Below, in pieces: positions 59,496 through 64,000 of a DNA stretch of 64,000 nucleotides. Below the pieces are notes generated by a model. That model saw nothing but the letters and a program-made list of their open reading frames with translations. It ran no database searches and was not told where the DNA came from. The stretch's first letter is position 1, and each line of letters begins with the position of its first letter. The DNA is taken from contig NZ_OZ257139.1 of NCBI RefSeq assembly GCF_965279145.1, forward strand, positions 4,011,571-4,075,570, written 5' to 3'. A program made the position numbers and the translations under genes. Source of the stretch: Caulobacter sp. (GTDB taxonomy: Bacteria; Pseudomonadota; Alphaproteobacteria; Caulobacterales; Caulobacteraceae).

Positions 59496-59825
59496 ATGAA
59501 TTCGAGATTCGCCAAATTCGCGATCGGCCAGGTGGTCAAGCACCGGATCTTTCCGTTCCGGGGCGTGGTGTTCGACGTGGACCCCGTGTTCGCCAACACC
59601 GACGAATGGTGGGAGTCGATCCCCGAGGACATCCGGCCGGTCAAGGACCAGCCCTTCTACCATTTGCTGGCTGAAAACGACGAGAACACCTACGTCGCCT
59701 ATGTGTCGGAGCAGAACCTGCTGGCCGACGAGACCGGCGAGCCGGTGCAGCATCCGCAGACGGCGGTGATCTTCGAGTCCTTCGATCACGGCGCCTACAA
59801 GCTTCGCCCCCGGATCTCGCACTAG
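59496..59825 (+). CDS. hspQ: Heat shock protein HspQ (YccV-like)
   Basis: AKFAIGQVVKHR, GVVFDVDP, QPFYHLL, YVSEQNL. Confidence 0.93.
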   Translation: MNSRFAKFAIGQVVKHRIFPFRGVVFDVDPVFANTDEWWESIPEDIRPVKDQPFYHLLAENDENTYVAYVSEQNLLADETGEPVQHPQTAVIFESFDHGAYKLRPRISH

Positions 59826-59906
59826 GCGCAAGGTCTGACCAGCGAACACTCTATTCAGCGCAAATTCCGAACGATATTTGCCATGAACGGGGCGTAGCGT
59901 CGTTCC

Positions 59907-60788
59907 ATGAGCGCAGACGGCTTCATCACCTCTCCACCGCCCGGAGCCCGGGCGGACTGGACCATCGATCAGGGCTGGGGCGCCTATTCCAGCGCCGAGC
60001 ACGAGGTCTGGATCACGCTGTATGAGCGCCAGACGGCCATGTTGCCCGGCCGCGCCTGCGACGCGTTTCTCAGCGGCCTGGACGCCCTGGACCTGCACCG
60101 GTCGGGCATTCCCGACTTCGCGCGCATCAATGAAGAGCTCCAGCGCCTGACCGGCTGGAGCGTGGTCGCCGTCCCGGGCCTGGTCCCCGACGACGTGTTC
60201 TTCGACCATCTGGCCCATCGCCGCTTTCCCGCCGGCCAGTTCATCCGCAAGCCCGACGAACTGGACTATCTGCAGGAACCCGACATTTTCCACGACGTTT
60301 TCGGCCACGTGCCGATGCTGACCGATCCGGTCTTCGCCGACTACATGCAGGCCTATGGCCGGGGCGGCCAGCGCGCTCTGGAGCTGGGCCGCCTGGCCAA
60401 TTTGGCGCGTCTCTACTGGTACACGGTTGAATTTGGCCTGATGCGCACCGACGCCGGCCTACGCATCTATGGCGCGGGCATCGTCTCGTCGCGCGCCGAG
60501 TCCGTCTTCGCCCTCGACGATCCCTCCCCCAACCGCATCGGCTTCGATCTGGAGCGGGTGATGCACACCCCCTATCGGATCGATGACTTCCAGCAGGCCT
60601 ATTTCGTGATCGACTCGATCCAGACCCTGCAGGAGGTCACCCTCCAGGACTTCGCGCCGATCTATGACCGCCTGGCCATGGCCAGCGACATCGGTATCGC
60701 CGAGATCCTGCCCGGCGACACCGTGTTCACGCGCGGGACCCAGGCTTACGCCAAGACCGGCGGGCGGCTGGCTTCCGCGCGCGGCTGA
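59907..60788 (+). CDS. phhA: Phenylalanine 4-monooxygenase
   Basis: EPDIFHDVFGHVP iron ligands, LYWYTVEFGL, YGAGIVSS. Confidence 0.96.
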   Translation: MSADGFITSPPPGARADWTIDQGWGAYSSAEHEVWITLYERQTAMLPGRACDAFLSGLDALDLHRSGIPDFARINEELQRLTGWSVVAVPGLVPDDVFFDHLAHRRFPAGQFIRKPDELDYLQEPDIFHDVFGHVPMLTDPVFADYMQAYGRGGQRALELGRLANLARLYWYTVEFGLMRTDAGLRIYGAGIVSSRAESVFALDDPSPNRIGFDLERVMHTPYRIDDFQQAYFVIDSIQTLQEVTLQDFAPIYDRLAMASDIGIAEILPGDTVFTRGTQAYAKTGGRLASARG

Positions 60789-61954
60789 GGCTTCAGGCCG
60801 AACAGCCAGCACACCACCGGCAGCCGCCGGGCGATCTCATAGGTGGCGAAGCAGCCGGCGAAGGTGGCGATGATCAGGATCGTCGCTTCCAGTCCCTGAG
60901 GCAGGCCCAGCTTGGCCAGGTGATGGGCCATGACCACGATCAGGGTCTGGTGGACCAGATAGAATGGGAAGACGCCCAGGGTCAGGTAGCGCAACGCCGG
61001 TCCGCCCTTGTTCAGGTGCTTGGCGCCGAAGCCCAGGATGGCGACGATCGCGCACCAGGTGTCAGTGGCGAATACAAACCGCATGACCATCCGCAGCGTC
61101 TCGGGCGGGTTGGCGTCGTCGGCGCGATAGATCCAGACATAGCTGGCCCAGACGGCCCAGGCCGCCACGGCCAGGGCCAGAGCAGGCCAGCGGGCGGCGA
61201 TCAGGCGCTGACGCAGGATCTCCGACTTGGCCAGACCAAAGCCCAGCAGGAAGGCGCTGAACGAGACGGCGTGCACATAGTGGTCGCCGACCAGGGCGTG
61301 GGTCTCGCCGAACCGGGCGTAGAGCAAGGCGCGCATGACGCCCAGGAACAGGACAGGCCAGACGACCAGACCGACGCCCTTCAGCACAAGCTCGGCGCCC
61401 GCCTGGATGTGCTCGCCCGCCTTGCGCCAGACCAGCAGCAGGACCGCCAGGACCAGCGTGTAGAACAGCAGATAGGCGACGAACCACATGTGGTTCCAGG
61501 TCGGGGTGATCAGGCATCCGTCGGCGTCGCACCAGTGACCCGAGGCCGTGACATACTTCACCCAGAACACCGGATAGGCGTCGACGATGATGCTGGGCGT
61601 CGCCGCCGCGGCCTCGACGATCTCATAGTAGGATTGCGGCGGCACGATCACGAACATCGCGAACAAGAGCGGCGGCAGCAGCCGCGCGATCCGCGCGCCG
61701 GTGAACTTTCCCACCGTCATCTTGTCGGCCATGAACCGCGTCGCCGCGCCGGAGACCAGGAACAGCAAGGTCAGGCGCCAAGGATTGGTCAGCAGCATGA
61801 AGGGCATCACCCCGTCGACGGGATGCGGCGTCTTCACGTGCCAGTCCCACGGTACGTAGAACATGCCGACGTGGTAGAGGATCAGCAGGAAGAACGCGCC
61901 GACCCGGATCCAGTCGAGATCGTATCTGCGGTCGGGAGACGTGGTCGTGGTCAT
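60746..61954 (-). CDS. Acyltransferase-3 family (OpgC/MdoC-like) membrane acyltransferase
   Basis: RRYDLDWIR, WRLTLLFLVSG, HMWFVAYL, FPFYLVHQ. Start placed at ATG 61954. Confidence 0.9.
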   Translation of the reverse strand: MTTTTSPDRRYDLDWIRVGAFFLLILYHVGMFYVPWDWHVKTPHPVDGVMPFMLLTNPWRLTLLFLVSGAATRFMADKMTVGKFTGARIARLLPPLLFAMFVIVPPQSYYEIVEAAAATPSIIVDAYPVFWVKYVTASGHWCDADGCLITPTWNHMWFVAYLLFYTLVLAVLLLVWRKAGEHIQAGAELVLKGVGLVVWPVLFLGVMRALLYARFGETHALVGDHYVHAVSFSAFLLGFGLAKSEILRQRLIAARWPALALAVAAWAVWASYVWIYRADDANPPETLRMVMRFVFATDTWCAIVAILGFGAKHLNKGGPALRYLTLGVFPFYLVHQTLIVVMAHHLAKLGLPQGLEATILIIATFAGCFATYEIARRLPVVCWLFGLKPQPRAEASRPPVLA

Positions 61955-61990
61955 GAAGGAACGCCCGGCTTGAAAAGAGATGCCAAGGGG

Positions 61991-62887
61991 GTGCCTCGCG
62001 ATGCCGGCTCGGGCCAAGACCCGGGGGATCGGCGGCGCCTGGCGGGGACAAGCGGAAAGCGCATCGGGATCAACGGCGCGGTTTTCGGGATAAGCGGCGA
62101 GGAGTTTCGCGCCATTCTGCGGGCCTGGATTCTGGGTGTCGGCCTGATCAGCGCAATCTGCGTGGTCAACGTGCTGACGATCCGGCACGACGCGCCTCGG
62201 CTGGGCACGCTGCCGCCCGCCATCTGGGAGGGCAGCAGCGCCCTTGTCACCCTGGTGATCTTCGCGATCCCGGCCGCCGTCGCCCTCTGGGCCGCCCGGA
62301 CATCGCCGCGTTGGTGGCTGGCCGCGCCCGTCCATCTGGTGGCGGTGTTCGTCTATTCGGCGCTGCATGTGGCCGGGTTCGTGGCGCTGCGAAAGCTCGC
62401 CTACCTGACCCTGCTGCACCAGACCTATGACTTCGGCGCCATCTCCAGCGAGTTCCCCTACGAATTCCGCAAGGACCTGATGGCCTACGGCCTGGCCTCG
62501 ATCATCTACTATCTGTCGCTGCGACAGGGCGCTCGGCAGGCCGCTCCCCTCGCCTCGCCGGCCCGGGCGACCTTCGACATCCAGGACGGCGCGCGCCTGG
62601 TCCGGGTGCCGATCGAGGACATTCTCGCCGTCCGATCGGCCGGCAACTATGTCGAGTTCGTGCTGGTCGACCGCCGCCGCCCCCTGATGCGCACGCCGCT
62701 GGCCGCGATCCAGACCGACCTGTCGGCGCATGGCTTCGTGCGCAGCCACCGGTCCTGGCTGGTCAACAAGGCCAGGGTGACCGGCCTGCGGCCCGAGGGC
62801 TCGGGCGACTACGCCGTGGAGCTGGGCGAGCTGGAAGCCCCTCTGTCGCGCCGCTTCCCCGAGGCCCTGGCGGCGCTACGCCGCTAG
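61991..62887 (+). CDS. LytTR family regulator with N-terminal TM domain
   Basis: About 4 TM, then LytTR domain (IEDILAVRSAGNYVE..FVRSHRSWLVN). Start uncertain: GTG 61991 or ATA 62090. Confidence 0.85.
   Translation: MPRDAGSGQDPGDRRRLAGTSGKRIGINGAVFGISGEEFRAILRAWILGVGLISAICVVNVLTIRHDAPRLGTLPPAIWEGSSALVTLVIFAIPAAVALWAARTSPRWWLAAPVHLVAVFVYSALHVAGFVALRKLAYLTLLHQTYDFGAISSEFPYEFRKDLMAYGLASIIYYLSLRQGARQAAPLASPARATFDIQDGARLVRVPIEDILAVRSAGNYVEFVLVDRRRPLMRTPLAAIQTDLSAHGFVRSHRSWLVNKARVTGLRPEGSGDYAVELGELEAPLSRRFPEALAALRR
62025..62097. promoter_or_regulatory. Array of 11-bp direct repeats with 21-bp period (putative LytTR operator)
   Basis: GGGACAAGCGG (62045), GGGATCAACGG (62066), GGGATAAGCGG (62087), and a weaker GGGATCGGCGG (62025). 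Confidence 0.6.
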
Positions 62888-63390
62888 AGCAGCAGGCCCA
62901 GCAGGATGTCGTCCTCGAAGTGGCCGTCCGGATAGAGGCCACGCGCGACCTGCCGCCCTTCGTGCTGGAACCCTAACCGCTCATAGAGCCGGATCGCGCC
63001 GGGATTGCCGGCGCCGGCGGCCAGTTCGATCCGCAGGATCGGCGGCTGCATCGTGCGGGCATGGCCGATCAGCGCCTCGAACAGCCTTGAGCCGACGCCC
63101 AGGCCCTGCCGGTCGGGATGCACCGCGACCGTCAGGTTCGACATTACGTGCGAGAACAGCGCCACGCTTTCGCGACGGCCATGGATCTCGCCCCAGATCG
63201 CGCCATCCGGACCAACCGCGACGAAGCTCACCGCGCCGGGCGCGCCGATCGCCTGCTCGACATAGGCGCGCGAAATCTCTTCGGGCGCGCGGGCCAGGCC
63301 GCCGGGCGTCACGGCGGCGGCGCGGTGCACGGCCAGAACGGCGTCGACGTCATGGGATGTCGCGAGCCGGACCTGAACTCCCGCGCTCAC
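62884..63390 (-). CDS. GNAT family N-acetyltransferase
   Basis: VAVHPDRQGLGVGSRL, NPGAIRLYERLGF. Confidence 0.92.
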   Translation of the reverse strand: MSAGVQVRLATSHDVDAVLAVHRAAAVTPGGLARAPEEISRAYVEQAIGAPGAVSFVAVGPDGAIWGEIHGRRESVALFSHVMSNLTVAVHPDRQGLGVGSRLFEALIGHARTMQPPILRIELAAGAGNPGAIRLYERLGFQHEGRQVARGLYPDGHFEDDILLGLLL

Positions 63391-64000
63391 GCCGACCTCT
63401 GGAACGGGTAGAAATCGCCCCCGAGGTCGAGGATGCCGGTCAGCTCGTCGAGAGCCTCGCGGCTCTCCGTCAGCAGGGCCGGATCGGCCAGATCGGCGGG
63501 CGCGAGGCGATCACGATAGCGACGCTCGATCCAGTCGGCGAGCCGCGCGTGCAGGCTGGCGTCAAACCGCTGGGCCGGATTGGCGGCCGCCAGTTCGGCG
63601 TCGGTCAGCACCACGCGCAGGCGCAGGCAGGCCGGACCGCCGCCATTGCGCATGCTCTGCCGGACATCGACATACTCGACCCGGCCAATCGGACCGTTGG
63701 AGGTCGCAAGGCTTTCGGCCACCGCATGAGCGCGCGGATTGTCCCGCGTCTCGGCGGGCGCCAGCAACACCAGGCGATCCTCGCCCGGGATGACCAGAAG
63801 CTGCGAATTGAACAGGTAGCTGGCGACCAGATCGGCCATCGGCAGGTCGGCTTCCGAGATCTCGACAAAGGCCGGCTCGAAACGGCCCTCGGCCGCCGCG
63901 CGGACCTGCGCCTCCATGTCCTCACGATCCTCGAACGCGCGCTCGTGGAAGAACAGGCATTCCCGCGTGCCGACACAGACCACGTCGTTATGGAACGCCC
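63387..64000 (-). CDS. astB: N-succinylarginine dihydrolase (3' part; start outside window)
   Basis: AFHNDVVCVG, SYLFNSQL, QSMRNGGGPACLRLRV. Confidence 0.93.
   Translation of the reverse strand, partial: AFHNDVVCVGTRECLFFHERAFEDREDMEAQVRAAAEGRFEPAFVEISEADLPMADLVASYLFNSQLLVIPGEDRLVLLAPAETRDNPRAHAVAESLATSNGPIGRVEYVDVRQSMRNGGGPACLRLRVVLTDAELAAANPAQRFDASLHARLADWIERRYRDRLAPADLADPALLTESREALDELTGILDLGGDFYPFQRSA

Noticed and set aside
60746-60788. Convergent 3' overlaps (phhA/acyltransferase 43 bp; also desaturase/orphan 26 bp)
   Set aside because: Common in high-GC genomes with few stop codons; no sign of regulatory meaning.
60746-62887. 667-aa and 655-aa overlapping ORFs as giant or fusion proteins
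   Set aside because: Each is a real gene (acyltransferase or LytTR) extended upstream through the antisense frame of the other.

Overview
High-GC alphaproteobacterial chromosome segment. Gene content, gene order and repeat families point to Caulobacter (inference). Most of the window is core housekeeping: surA-pdxA-rsmA, gmk-yicC-mltG-fabF-acpP-fabG-fabD, rpsF-rpsR-rplI, dnaB-alr-radA-cvpA-purF, yfgM-like/bamB/der, panB, guaB-guaA, rlmE, ppx, hspQ, phhA and the 3' part of astB. An accessory zone (about 32.5-51.6 kb) lies between panB and the 3' end of guaA. It holds (1) two tandem DUF6249-like membrane protein / ECF sigma / putative anti-sigma modules, with three matching CATCC-N17-CGA promoter-like sites; (2) a 2H phosphoesterase with an N-terminal beta-clamp-like motif; (3) an acyl-CoA dehydrogenase / hydratase / TetR / TonB receptor block; and (4) a decayed ~7.5 kb guaA-targeted island. 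The island is bounded by a 12-bp direct repeat and carries FecI-FecR-STN-TonB receptor-PhoD plus integrase and IS5 remnants. Two membrane-embedded one-component regulators (AraC, LytTR) appear to carry operator-like repeats for a neighbouring gene inside their own coding sequence. No rRNA, tRNA or CRISPR array was recognised. All family assignments come from motif reading by eye; no database searches were run.
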